Counted from the stretch's first letter, positions 10,429-20,491 are shown. The stretch is DNA of 64,000 nucleotides from Minisyncoccota bacterium (GCA_017881075.1 JADGRH010000001.1:59639-123638); one strand, 5' to 3'. Numbers and translations: made by a program. The notes: generated by a model from the sequence alone, not told the origin.

Positions 10429-10598
10429 TATCTTCCGATCTCCGATATCGGAAGATTTAGTATAATAATAGCAGATGAAATATCCTTAAAGATTTTATGA
10501 AAATTTCTTTTTACACTAGTCCGATATCGGAGAATGGAGGATTCATTATACTAGTGATTATTTGTTATAATATGGAGTATAAATTAATCAATTAGATT

Positions 10599-11624
10599 AT
10601 GAGCAAAATACGAGTGGCAATAAACGGAGCGGGAAGGATTGGGCGGGCATTTTACAAGGTGGCAAGCAAGCGGCCGGAAGTGGAGATCGTGGCCATCAAT
10701 GACGTGGGTGACATCAATAATATTGCCTATCTTTTTAAATATGACAGTGTCTATGGGCGAAGTGGTCTGGATATTAAAGTTGCTAATGATCAGAGAAGTT
10801 TAAATATAGACGGTAAGAGCGTAGCTTATCTCAGTGAGAAAGATCCAGCCCTGCTTCCGTGGAAGGATTTGAATATTGACGTAGTAGTTGAATCTACAGG
10901 CTTTTTCACTAGTTTTGAAAAATCAAAACCGCATCTTGATGCTGGAGCGAAGAGAGTGGTGATAACCGCGCCAGTCAAAGAAGACGCTTCGGCTGGCGCA
11001 CCGACGGTCTTGATGGGAATCAACGAAGGTGAGCTAAAGAATTCCAAGATAAGTTCGAACGCTTCCTGCACCACTAACTCCGCCAGTCCGATCTTGGCAA
11101 TACTTGACGAAACCATAGGAGTTGAAAAAGCAATATTGACAACAGTGCACGGATACACGGCCAGTCAATCAATTGTGGACGGGCCGAATAAAAAAGATTG
11201 GAAAGAGGGCCGAGCGGCGGCACAAAATATCGTGCCGACTTCCACCGGCTCGGCCATTGCCGTAGCCAAAGCCCTGACACAGTTTAAAAATAAGTTTGAT
11301 GGCATTTCCATGCGAGTGCCGGTTCCGGCAGGATCCATTGCCGATATCACTTTTATTGCAAAGCGAAACACCACTGTTGAAGAGGTTAATTCTATTTTAA
11401 AAAAGGCGGCAACCGATCCCCGCTGGCAGAAAATTTTCACCGTGACCGAAGAGCAGATTGTCTCCACTGATATTATCGGAGCTCCTCACGCCGCTATTGC
11501 TGATCTTGGACTGACTCGGGTAGTTGATAATAATCTGGTGAAAGTGCTGTCCTGGTATGACAATGAGATGGGGTACACTTACTCGTTGGTAGAGCATGTA
11601 ATAGAAGCAGGAAAGTATCTATGA
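10599..11624 (+). CDS. gap: Glyceraldehyde-3-phosphate dehydrogenase (type I)
   Basis: INGAGRIGR, SNASCTTN, WYDNEMGY motifs. Confidence 0.97.
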   Translation: MSKIRVAINGAGRIGRAFYKVASKRPEVEIVAINDVGDINNIAYLFKYDSVYGRSGLDIKVANDQRSLNIDGKSVAYLSEKDPALLPWKDLNIDVVVESTGFFTSFEKSKPHLDAGAKRVVITAPVKEDASAGAPTVLMGINEGELKNSKISSNASCTTNSASPILAILDETIGVEKAILTTVHGYTASQSIVDGPNKKDWKEGRAAAQNIVPTSTGSAIAVAKALTQFKNKFDGISMRVPVPAGSIADITFIAKRNTTVEEVNSILKKAATDPRWQKIFTVTEEQIVSTDIIGAPHAAIADLGLTRVVDNNLVKVLSWYDNEMGYTYSLVEHVIEAGKYL

Positions 11625-12124
11625 AAATTTATCTTGCCTCAGATCACGCCGGTTTTAAATTAAAAGACATACTTACTCCTTTCATTAAGGAGTTGGGATA
11701 CGAGGTATTGGATCTGGGAGCATTCACCTACAAAGCGGGGGATGATTATCCTGATTATATTAAACTGGCGGCAGAAAAAGTCTCGGAAGATCCGGAAAAT
11801 GGTAAGGCTATTATTTTGGGAGCTTCCGGTGAAGGGGAGGCGATCGTTGCCAATAAATATAGGGGTGTTCGTGCAACTGTTTATTACGGAGGTAATAGAG
11901 AAATCATCAAGCTTTCTCGTCATGATAATGATTCAAATATCCTGTCCCTAGGGGCCAGATTTCTAAATGAAAAAGAAGCAAAGGAAATGGTTAAATTATG
12001 GCTTGGCGCTAAATTTTCAGAGGAGGAGACAAGACATGTCCGCCGTATAAAGAAAATAGCCGAAATCGAAAAAGTGGCTGGGAAAGGCAAAAAGACAAAA
12101 CTTCGAAAGTTTTTAAGATTTTAA
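11621..12124 (+). CDS. rpiB: Ribose-5-phosphate isomerase B family
   Basis: ASDHAGF, DDYPDY, ANKYRGVRA, HDNDSNILSLGAR, RHVRRI. Confidence 0.92.
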   Translation: MKIYLASDHAGFKLKDILTPFIKELGYEVLDLGAFTYKAGDDYPDYIKLAAEKVSEDPENGKAIILGASGEGEAIVANKYRGVRATVYYGGNREIIKLSRHDNDSNILSLGARFLNEKEAKEMVKLWLGAKFSEEETRHVRRIKKIAEIEKVAGKGKKTKLRKFLRF

Positions 12125-12129
12125 ATTGA

Positions 12130-12804
12130 ATGGAGATTCTTCCTGCAATAATGCCCGAAAGTTATGACGACCTGCGCGATAAACTGGCCGAGGTCTCAAC
12201 TTTGGTGACGGTCGTCCAGATAGATGTTATGGACGGCCGGTTCGTGGAATCAAAGAGCTGGCCATACAATCTGCATGGCACTGATACTGATTTTAGTAAG
12301 ATTTTACATGAAGATGAGGGCTTGCCGTTTTGGGATAGGCTGGATTTTGAAATTGATTTAATAGTGGAAGATCCACAGCAACAGGTGGAGAAATGGATGA
12401 AGGCTGGCGCCTCTAGGCTGGTAATTCATATTGAAAGTATTAAAGATGATGCTGTCAGTTTGCTTGAAGAAGTGAAGAGGGGTGAAGTTGGAGTAGGTCT
12501 TGCTTTGGATATGGACACCGATGTTGAAGAGGTGTTACCGTTTTTAGATTATGTGGACTTTGTGCAGTTGATGGGGATCGACCACGATGGTTTTCAGGGC
12601 GCCCCTTTTGACCAGAAAGTGCTTGAGAAAATAAAGAGATTGAAAGAGGAGTCGCCGTCGACATTGATTAGTGTCGACGGCGGAGTCAATTTAGAGACGG
12701 CGCCCGCTTTAATAGAGGCGGGCGCCGACCGACTGATCATCGGCTCAGCTATTTTTGAGAGTGGAGATATTGAGGGCGCTATAACCGATTTTGAGAGTTT
12801 ATAG
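12130..12804 (+). CDS. rpe: Ribulose-phosphate 3-epimerase
   Basis: QIDVMDGRFV, GFQG, SVDGGVN, GSAIF. Confidence 0.92.
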   Translation: MEILPAIMPESYDDLRDKLAEVSTLVTVVQIDVMDGRFVESKSWPYNLHGTDTDFSKILHEDEGLPFWDRLDFEIDLIVEDPQQQVEKWMKAGASRLVIHIESIKDDAVSLLEEVKRGEVGVGLALDMDTDVEEVLPFLDYVDFVQLMGIDHDGFQGAPFDQKVLEKIKRLKEESPSTLISVDGGVNLETAPALIEAGADRLIIGSAIFESGDIEGAITDFESL

Positions 12805-12906
12805 CATCGTCATAAGCGGAACCTACCGCTTTAAAACAGACTAAGACTTGGGCAAACGCCCCGGAGTGGTCTGTTTTAAGGCGCGTAGGTGAGCATTATG
12901 ACGATG
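12805..12906. other. Long imperfect intergenic inverted repeat (~100 nt hairpin)
   Basis: catcgtcataagc..acctaccgctttaaaacagac pairs with gtctgttttaaggcgcgtaggt..gcattatgacgatg. Confidence 0.75.
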
Positions 12907-12925
12907 ATAATAGTATAATTGAATT

Positions 12926-13792
12926 ATGTCTTTAACCGACAAAGAGATCCAACATTTAGAAGAAAAAGCGAACGACATCCGTCTTTCTATCATTGAAATG
13001 CTCATTGAAGCCGGCTCCGGCCACACCGCTGGCCCTCTCGGTATGGCCGACATTTTCACTGCTCTTTATTTTCAAATCTTAAATCACGACCCGAAAAAGC
13101 CAGACTGGCCGGAAAGGGATCGATTGGTCTTATCAAATGGCCACATCTGCCCGGTTCTATATTCCACCATGGCTCATTCAGGTTATTTTCCGGTGGAAGA
13201 ATTAAAGACTCTGCGTAAATTTGGCTCCCGTCTCCAAGGTCATCCCCATAGAGATTTTCTTCCATATCTTGAAAATAGTTCCGGCCCACTCGGATCAGGT
13301 CTTTCGCAAGCCACTGGTATGGCCCTTGCCGATAGAATTGATCGCGGTGATAGCAATGATCGCTACATTTATTGCCTGATGAGTGATGGGGAATTGGATG
13401 CCGGAAATAGTTGGGAGGGAGCGATGCTTGCCGGCAAGGAGAAATTGAGAAACCTGATCGCCATCGTTGACCGCAATAATATTCAGATAGACGGCTTTAC
13501 CGAAGACATCATGCCACTTGAAAATCTCCGAGCTCGTTGGGAGGCTTGGAATTGGCACGTGCTCGAGATAGACGGCCACAATTTCAATGAGATCGTTGAT
13601 GCGGTCGGTGAGGCAAAGGCTGTTTTTGAAAAACCAACAGTCATAATTGCCCACACTATTCCCGGCAAAGGAGTAAAGGAATTTGAACGAGACTATCGAT
13701 GGCACGGTAAAGCACCCAATAAAGAAGAAGCGAAAATGGCATTGAACGAATTACGAACATTAGGAGGAAAAATTAAAAGCGAACTTGAATAA
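12926..13792 (+). CDS. Transketolase, N-terminal (TPP-binding) subunit
   Basis: SGHTAG, DRLVLSNGH, LQGHP, SDGELDAGNSWEG, WHGKAP. Confidence 0.95.
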   Translation: MSLTDKEIQHLEEKANDIRLSIIEMLIEAGSGHTAGPLGMADIFTALYFQILNHDPKKPDWPERDRLVLSNGHICPVLYSTMAHSGYFPVEELKTLRKFGSRLQGHPHRDFLPYLENSSGPLGSGLSQATGMALADRIDRGDSNDRYIYCLMSDGELDAGNSWEGAMLAGKEKLRNLIAIVDRNNIQIDGFTEDIMPLENLRARWEAWNWHVLEIDGHNFNEIVDAVGEAKAVFEKPTVIIAHTIPGKGVKEFERDYRWHGKAPNKEEAKMALNELRTLGGKIKSELE

Positions 13793-14804
13793 TCTAAACC
13801 CCAAAATTTTTGATAAAGATGTAGAACAAGTGCCGATCCGAAAAGGATTCGGCGAAGGGCTTCTCATTGCCGGAGAAAAAAATGAAAATGTTGTCGGGCT
13901 TTGCGCTGATTTAACAGAGTCAACACAAATGCATCTTTTCAAACAAAAATTTCCAAATCGATTCGTTCAAGTCGGTGTGGCCGAGCAGAATTTAGCCACC
14001 GTTGCTTCCGGTATGACCGCTATGGGAAAGATCCCGTTCATATCTTCTTACGCCATGTTCAGTCCCGGCCGCAATTGGGAGCAGATCCGTACCACTATTT
14101 GCTATAACAATGCTAACGTCAAAATTGCCGGCAGCCACGCCGGAGTTTCGGTCGGGCCTGATGGCGGGAGCCATCAGGCCCTTGAAGACATCTCTATTAC
14201 GAGAGTAATCCCTCGAATGACAGTCATTTCGCCTTGTGATGCCATTGAAGCCAGAAAAGCTACTCTCGCCGCGGCCGAGATGGTGGGGCCTGTTTATATC
14301 CGTCTTGCTCGCGAGAAAACTCCCATCATCACTACCGAAGAGACACCTTTTGAGATCGGCCTTGGTCAAATATTTTATGATTCGGATGAGAGGGGTTCGA
14401 CCTCTAAAATTGAGGGGTCGAACCCCTCCAAAAGGGCGGGGATCATTGCCACGGGTGCTCTTGTTTACCAAGCAATAATAGCAGCTAAAGAATTGGAAAA
14501 GGAAGGGATTTCAGTCAAAGTTTTAAATCTTGCCACCATCAAACCACTTGATGAAGCTGCTATCTTGCTCTTGGCAAAAGAGACGAGAGCTATCGTTACT
14601 GTAGAAGAACATCAGATCAATGGGGGAATGGGTTCGGCTGTGGCCGAAAGTTTGGCTAAACATTTTCCAGTACCAGTGGAATTCATTGGTGCCAAAGATA
14701 AGTTTGGTCAGTCCGGAACTCCAGCAGAACTGATTGAGCACTATGGCATGGGCATCGATTCCATCAAAAAAGCAGTGAAGGATGTCTTAGCCCGAAAAAA
14801 ATAA
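13785..14804 (+). CDS. Transketolase, C-terminal subunit (with in-frame palindrome insertion)
   Basis: GVAEQN, GPDGGSHQ, GPVYIRL, TVEEH, FGQSG; start uncertain (TTG). Confidence 0.93.
   Translation: MNNLNPKIFDKDVEQVPIRKGFGEGLLIAGEKNENVVGLCADLTESTQMHLFKQKFPNRFVQVGVAEQNLATVASGMTAMGKIPFISSYAMFSPGRNWEQIRTTICYNNANVKIAGSHAGVSVGPDGGSHQALEDISITRVIPRMTVISPCDAIEARKATLAAAEMVGPVYIRLAREKTPIITTEETPFEIGLGQIFYDSDERGSTSKIEGSNPSKRAGIIATGALVYQAIIAAKELEKEGISVKVLNLATIKPLDEAAILLLAKETRAIVTVEEHQINGGMGSAVAESLAKHFPVPVEFIGAKDKFGQSGTPAELIEHYGMGIDSIKKAVKDVLARKK
14390..14428. repeat. REP doublet inside transketolase CDS
   Basis: gaggggttcgacctct-aaaatt-gaggggtcgaacccctc: two inverted palindromic units. Confidence 0.75.
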
Positions 14805-14836
14805 GCGAAATTGTAAGCTTCGTATTAATTTCGTAC

Positions 14837-15829
14837 CTAGATTTTCACCGGTGCCCAACCGTCGGGCTTCTTTTTTAACCAGGCCTCGATTCCAGATTGT
14901 GAGAGCAGGCCTTTTTGGGCGCCCACTTCTTGCACTACAGACATGGCATTTATCGATCCCCATTGAAGAGCCTCCCCTGTAGACTTGCCGAGAATGATGG
15001 CACTGGTAAAGGTAGAAGCAAAAGCATCTCCGGCACCGGTTCTTTCGTATGGTGGTTTTGGATCGGGATAGGGTTTCATAAACCAACTGTCAGTTCCATC
15101 ATAAGCATATGCGCCATTTGGTCCGTCAGTTATCACCACAATCTTCGGTCCCAGATCAGCCATCATTTTTAATAAGATTTTAACATCCGATTCCGCAGTC
15201 TCTAATATTTTTTGAGATTCTTGAACATTACAAAAAAAAAGTTCACTGCGAGCATAAATATCTTTCAGTTTTTCTTTTCCTAATTTAATATCAAAAACTC
15301 CCGGTTGAAATACGAGCTTAATCTTTGAATGTTCTTTCAAATAGGAAATAATCTTTTCATACATCGCCGAGGCCCCTTCTCGCAGAGAGCTAAGATAAAT
15401 AAATTTCGGTTCTCCAACGTTTGGTAATTCGTACTCGTATTCCTCATGTTTTATCAGTATGGTTCGCTCATCATGGAACCAAAGGACATAATGATGGTTG
15501 GTCTTCATGTCCTGGTTGATCTTGATAAAAGTGGTATCTACGGCGTTTTGGTGTAGGCTCTCCAAGCAGTCTTTGCCTAATTGATCATCCCCTAGATTAG
15601 AGATTAAGGCCGATTTCAAGCCAAGACGAGAGGCGGAAACTGCCGCATTAGGGCTATTTCCAACGGCGTTCACAATCTCTTCAAATTCGTACGGGATCTT
15701 ACTGGCAAAGGAAAGACAGAGCTTCTCGCTAGTGTGTTCTGCATTCCAGAGATCCTCAGCCTGCTCTAATCGAATAAAAGTATCGACTACGGTATCTCCC
15801 AAGGCGATGAAATCAAAGTCATTTTTCAT
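14837..15829 (-). CDS. PfkB-family carbohydrate kinase
   Basis: GNSPNAAVSASRLG, VVITDGPNG, ERTGAGDAF. Confidence 0.93.
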   Translation of the reverse strand: MKNDFDFIALGDTVVDTFIRLEQAEDLWNAEHTSEKLCLSFASKIPYEFEEIVNAVGNSPNAAVSASRLGLKSALISNLGDDQLGKDCLESLHQNAVDTTFIKINQDMKTNHHYVLWFHDERTILIKHEEYEYELPNVGEPKFIYLSSLREGASAMYEKIISYLKEHSKIKLVFQPGVFDIKLGKEKLKDIYARSELFFCNVQESQKILETAESDVKILLKMMADLGPKIVVITDGPNGAYAYDGTDSWFMKPYPDPKPPYERTGAGDAFASTFTSAIILGKSTGEALQWGSINAMSVVQEVGAQKGLLSQSGIEAWLKKKPDGWAPVKI

Positions 15830-15860
15830 GAGAATATTATATCAGAAGTTATGTTAAAAT

Positions 15861-16733
15861 ATGATTATGCATTCGCTTAAATATCACCTAGAACAGGCGG
15901 TAAAAAATAAGGTGGCTATTGGCCATTTTAATATTTCCAACATTGAGGGTTTATGGGCCGTTTTTAATGCGGCCAAGGCTTTAAATCTGCCGGTCATTGT
16001 TGGCACATCCGAGAAGGAGCGTGATTTTATCGGTCTAAAACAGTCGGTAGCTTTGATTCGTAGTTTGCGGGAAGAATTTGATTATCCGATCTTTCTCAAC
16101 GCCGATCATACTTATTCATTTGAAAAAGTGAAGGAAGCGGTGGACGCGGGCTACGATGCCGTCATTTACGATGGGGCAGAACAACCCCTTGAAGAAAATA
16201 TAAAAATAACTAGGCAGTGTGTTGAATATGCCAGAAGTAAAAATCCGAACATTGTGGTGGAAGGGGAGCTCGGCTACAAAGGAACTTCTTCTCAAGTCCT
16301 GGATTCAATTCCAAAAGGCGTGGAACTAGATAAGGAATATTTAACCAGCGTAGAGGAAGCGGCTCGATTTGTAAAAGAAACGGGAGTGGATCTTTTGGCT
16401 CCAGCCATAGGTAATTTTCATGGAATGCTCTCAAGTGGACATGACCCAGCCTTGAATATTGATGTGGCCAGAGAGGTGGCAGAGGCAGCCGGTATCCCTC
16501 TGGTTCTTCATGGTGCTTCCGGCAATTCCGCCGAAGACATTAAAGCCTCCATTGACGCCGGTGTTTCCATTGTGCATGTCAGCACCGAGCTACGGGTAGC
16601 ATTCAGGAAGAGTCTTGAAGAAACTTTGGCTGCCAATCCTAAGGAGGTCGCCACTTACAAAATTTTAGGACCGTCAGTAGAGGCAGTGCAGAAAGTGGTG
16701 ACAGATAAATTAAAAATATTCAATGAAAGATGA
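15861..16733 (+). CDS. fba: Class II fructose-bisphosphate aldolase
   Basis: LNADH, VEGELG, IGNFHG, LVLHGASG. Confidence 0.93.
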   Translation: MIMHSLKYHLEQAVKNKVAIGHFNISNIEGLWAVFNAAKALNLPVIVGTSEKERDFIGLKQSVALIRSLREEFDYPIFLNADHTYSFEKVKEAVDAGYDAVIYDGAEQPLEENIKITRQCVEYARSKNPNIVVEGELGYKGTSSQVLDSIPKGVELDKEYLTSVEEAARFVKETGVDLLAPAIGNFHGMLSSGHDPALNIDVAREVAEAAGIPLVLHGASGNSAEDIKASIDAGVSIVHVSTELRVAFRKSLEETLAANPKEVATYKILGPSVEAVQKVVTDKLKIFNER

Positions 16734-18360
16734 AATTCAGAAGATAATCAAAGGAGAGGCCGAAGACGATGAAACCACTCTCAAAACTTATAGCCGTGAC
16801 GCTAGTCTTTTTTTGGTCCGGCCGAGTTTGGTGGTTTTTCCGAAAGACACAGAAGATTTGAAAGCTTTAGTTAAATATGTAAATGAAAATAAAGCGGACC
16901 GGCCGGAACTTTCTCTTACCGGCCGGTCTGCCGGAACGGATATGACTGGCGGACCGCTGAACGACTCCATCATTCTGGATTTCACACGCCATTTCAAAAA
17001 GGAAAAAGTGGACGTTGAGGCTCTTTCCGCTGTGGTAGAGCCGGGCGTATTCTATCATGATTTTGAGACCGACACTCTGCCGAAACACATCTCACTACCC
17101 GTTTATCCGGCCTCAAAACAGTTGGCCGCTCTCGGTGGCATGATTATGAATAATGCTGCTGGCGAAAAGACTCTTCGTTATGGTCAAATCAGAGATTTCG
17201 TTAATGAAATTTCCATGATCCTTTCCGATGGAAATGAGTATTCATTTCGGAAACTGAATAAAAAAGAATTGGATGAAAAGCTCGCCCTCCAGAATTTCGA
17301 GGGCGAGCTCTACCGAAAAGTCCACACTTTAATTGAAAATAATTATGATCTAATTCAAAAGGCTAAGCCAAAAACTACTAAAAATTCATCCGGCTATTCT
17401 CTTTGGCGAGTGTGGGACCGCCAGACTTTTGATATGAGTCAACTATTCGTCGGCTCGCAGGGGACTCTCGGGTTGCTCGCCGAAGCCAAGATGAGATTGA
17501 TAAAAGAAAAACCATATCGAAAATTAATTGCCACCTTTTTTAAATCTTGGGATGATCTACCGGCGATGGTTAATGCCATCTTGCCGTTTAATCCTGAAAG
17601 TATGGAAGCTTTTGATGACACCACTCTTAAGTTGGGAATTCAGTTTATGCCGGAAATTGCCAAACGAGCACATGAGCATTTCTGGCGCTTTGCATTACGT
17701 TTTCTGCCGGAAGCTTTTATCGGAATAGAAATGGGTGGCCTCCCTAAATTAATTGTTCTTGTTGAATTATCAGAGGACTCTCAAGAGGAAATAGATAAAA
17801 AGGTTCCAGAGATTGAAAATATTCTAAAAACTTTTCCAGTGCATGTGCGGGTACTTGATGATGGGCCCGATGCGGAGAAATATTGGATAATGCGACGGGA
17901 GAGTTTCAATCTTCTTCGTCAACATGTTCATGGCCTGAGCACTGCTCCTTTCATTGACGACTTTGCCATTGATCCGGCCAAGATGCCGGAATTTCTGCCA
18001 AAGCTTTTGAAAATTCTTAAAGATCATGGCATTAAGGCCAACATTGCCGGCCACGCCGGTAATGGAAATTATCATATTATTCCACTAATGGATCTGAAGG
18101 AGGCAAGCGAGAGAGACAAAATATTGCCAGTAGCCAAGCTGGTCTATGATTTGATCATTCAATCGGGTGGCACCATTACTGCCGAACACAATGATGGTAT
18201 CATTCGCACTCCATTTGTGGAGCAAATGTTTGGTCACGAAATGTATCATCTATTTGAAGAAGTAAAGAAGATTCTTGATCCGCAGGATATTTTTAACCCT
18301 GGCAAGAAGGTAGGGGGTACCTTAAAATATCTAGAAGAGCATATTGCCAAAGGCGCCTGA
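16723..18360 (+). CDS. FAD-linked oxidoreductase (D-lactate dehydrogenase/GlcD-like)
   Basis: GRSAGTDMTGG, GSQGTLG, GHAGNGNYH, AEHNDG, DPQDIFNPGK. Confidence 0.88.
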   Translation: MKDEIQKIIKGEAEDDETTLKTYSRDASLFLVRPSLVVFPKDTEDLKALVKYVNENKADRPELSLTGRSAGTDMTGGPLNDSIILDFTRHFKKEKVDVEALSAVVEPGVFYHDFETDTLPKHISLPVYPASKQLAALGGMIMNNAAGEKTLRYGQIRDFVNEISMILSDGNEYSFRKLNKKELDEKLALQNFEGELYRKVHTLIENNYDLIQKAKPKTTKNSSGYSLWRVWDRQTFDMSQLFVGSQGTLGLLAEAKMRLIKEKPYRKLIATFFKSWDDLPAMVNAILPFNPESMEAFDDTTLKLGIQFMPEIAKRAHEHFWRFALRFLPEAFIGIEMGGLPKLIVLVELSEDSQEEIDKKVPEIENILKTFPVHVRVLDDGPDAEKYWIMRRESFNLLRQHVHGLSTAPFIDDFAIDPAKMPEFLPKLLKILKDHGIKANIAGHAGNGNYHIIPLMDLKEASERDKILPVAKLVYDLIIQSGGTITAEHNDGIIRTPFVEQMFGHEMYHLFEEVKKILDPQDIFNPGKKVGGTLKYLEEHIAKGA

Positions 18361-18403
18361 CCAGTGTTTGATTTTTTAATTTCAGTCTATATAATAGGTT
18401 TCT

Positions 18404-19078
18404 ATGCTGACTTTATCGATAGAAAAGCGCCAAAAGAAAGAGAAATTAGAGAAAATTAGGAAAAACGGCAAAATCCCGGCTGTTTTTTATGGACGCAAAG
18501 AAGCGGCTACCTCTATCGCTCTGTCTGAAGTGGATTTTCTAAAAGCCTGGAAAGAAGCGGGAGAATCATCCGTCCTAGTATTGAAAGGGGTAGGTGATGA
18601 GCATGAGGCTCTGATTCACGCCGTTGACACCGATCCGGTAACAGGCCGAGTTCGTCACGCTGATTTTTATGTAATTGAGAAAGGTAAGAAGCTGAAGATC
18701 AAAGTGCCGATTGAATTTACTGGCATTGCTCCGGCAGTGAAAGAGCTTGGAGGTATGTTGGTCAAAGTTCTTTATGAGTTGGAAGTCGAGGCTTTACCAA
18801 AAGATCTACCTCATAAAATTGAAGTTAGTATTTCCACACTTGTTAATTTTGAAAGTCAGATTCTGGCCAAGGATGTTAATTTACCGGCCGGTGTAGAATT
18901 AGTTATTGACCCGGAAGAAGTAGTGGCTCTGACCGCCGAAGCCAAAGAAGAAGTGGAGGAAGTGGTTGCACCGGTAGATCTTTCCGCCATTGAAGTAGAA
19001 GAGAAAGGTAAGAAGAAAGAAGAAGGGGAAGAGGCGGCGGCCGAAGAGAAGCCGGCCGCCGCCGCCGAAACGAAGTAA
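18404..19078 (+). CDS. rplY: 50S ribosomal protein L25 (Ctc long form)
   Basis: GKIPAVFYG, HADFY, acidic tail. Confidence 0.95.
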   Translation: MLTLSIEKRQKKEKLEKIRKNGKIPAVFYGRKEAATSIALSEVDFLKAWKEAGESSVLVLKGVGDEHEALIHAVDTDPVTGRVRHADFYVIEKGKKLKIKVPIEFTGIAPAVKELGGMLVKVLYELEVEALPKDLPHKIEVSISTLVNFESQILAKDVNLPAGVELVIDPEEVVALTAEAKEEVEEVVAPVDLSAIEVEEKGKKKEEGEEAAAEEKPAAAAETK

Positions 19079-19098
19079 TTATTCTAATCATTAAATTT

Positions 19099-20466
19099 GT
19101 GATCAAATTTGGCAAAAGTTTTTTAAAATTGGTCATTTTATTTACAGCTGTAATTTCCTTGATGGCTTTACCGATCTCTTTTCAACCGCTTCCTAATGTT
19201 TTGGCCCAAACGGCTAATCCGGACCTAACTCCAGAACAGCGCAAAGCTCTGGAAGATCAATTGGCTAAGATTGAGCAGGAGATCGCGGCCCAACAACAGA
19301 TCTTAGACCAAAAGAAGCAGGAAGGATCGTCAATTTCTCGTGATATAGCTATTCTTGATGCTCAAATTAAACAGGCTCAACTAAAAATCCAGGCGCACAA
19401 TTTGGCTATTAGTCGATTAGGAAAAGACATCACGGTCAAAGTTCAGGTAATTGATAATTTAAATATCCATATTAGTAGCGAACAGGAATCTCTGGCTCAA
19501 ATTCTCCGCCAGACCAATCAATTGGATTCCTACTCATTAGCCGAAGCCATGTTGAGCAAGCAGGATCTCTCTGCTTTTCTCTTAGATATGGACACTTTTT
19601 CTACCATCAATCAATCTTTAAAACAGAAGATGGATGATATTACCAATGCCAAGAATCAGAATGAACAAGCAAAGAATTCTCTCGATCAGCAACGCAACCA
19701 GGAAATTGATACTAAAGTTAATGTTGAAAACGAACAGAAGAAAATCAAGACGGCTGAGGCCCAAAAACAAGCTCTGCTTAATATCAATAAAAATCAGCAG
19801 CAGGGCTATCAGACGGTTATTGCTAATAAACAGGCCCAAGCGGCGACCATCAGAAACACCCTCTTTCCTTTGCGAGATGTTCCGGCTATTAAATTCGGTG
19901 ATGCCGTAACCTACGCCACGGTGGCGTTCAGAGCTACCGGTGTAGATCCAGCTTTTATTCTGGCTATCATTACTCAGGAAAGTAATCTAGGGGCCAATGT
20001 TGGAGCGTGTTATTTGAAAGATGCTTCCGGGGCAGGCACCCGGATCAGTTCTGGCGTTACGGTTTCAAATCTAATGAAGCCTGATCGAGATATTCAACCA
20101 TTTTTGGAAATTACTAAATTGGTTGGACGCGACCCATTTCAGACCAAAGTATCTTGTCCGTTATCGGTGGGGTACGGCGGAGCGATGGGACCGGCTCAAT
20201 TTATTCCTTCTACCTGGAAACTTATGGCATCAAAAATTGCTGCCGCTGTAGGGAAACCAGCGGCTGACCCCTGGAATCCTCAAGATGCAATCATGGCCTC
20301 AGCTCTCTTTTTGAGGGACCTCGGAGCTGTGTCCGGCAGTTATACCTCGGAAATCAAGGCCGCCTGTAAATACTATGGTTCAGGCGGTTCCGCATGTGCT
20401 TACGGAACTCAAGTAATGGCAAAAGTGCAAGCCATTCAGGCTAATATTGATGTGTTGAATAGCTAA
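19099..20466 (+). CDS. Secreted coiled-coil protein with C-terminal lytic transglycosylase (SLT-like) domain
   Basis: Signal peptide, PcsB-like coiled coil, ITQES...GGAMGPAQFIPSTW...DPWNPQDAI. Confidence 0.85.
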   Translation: MIKFGKSFLKLVILFTAVISLMALPISFQPLPNVLAQTANPDLTPEQRKALEDQLAKIEQEIAAQQQILDQKKQEGSSISRDIAILDAQIKQAQLKIQAHNLAISRLGKDITVKVQVIDNLNIHISSEQESLAQILRQTNQLDSYSLAEAMLSKQDLSAFLLDMDTFSTINQSLKQKMDDITNAKNQNEQAKNSLDQQRNQEIDTKVNVENEQKKIKTAEAQKQALLNINKNQQQGYQTVIANKQAQAATIRNTLFPLRDVPAIKFGDAVTYATVAFRATGVDPAFILAIITQESNLGANVGACYLKDASGAGTRISSGVTVSNLMKPDRDIQPFLEITKLVGRDPFQTKVSCPLSVGYGGAMGPAQFIPSTWKLMASKIAAAVGKPAADPWNPQDAIMASALFLRDLGAVSGSYTSEIKAACKYYGSGGSACAYGTQVMAKVQAIQANIDVLNS

Positions 20467-20491
20467 CGCAGATTTGATATAGTCTATCAAC

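Larger units (their letters stand above)
9390..10538. repeat. REP-like palindromes of RAYT-1 (TCCGATCTCCGATRTCGGA)
   Basis: Copies at 9390-9410, 9748-9768 and 10434-10452, plus an inverted degenerate copy at 10520-10538. Confidence 0.85.
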
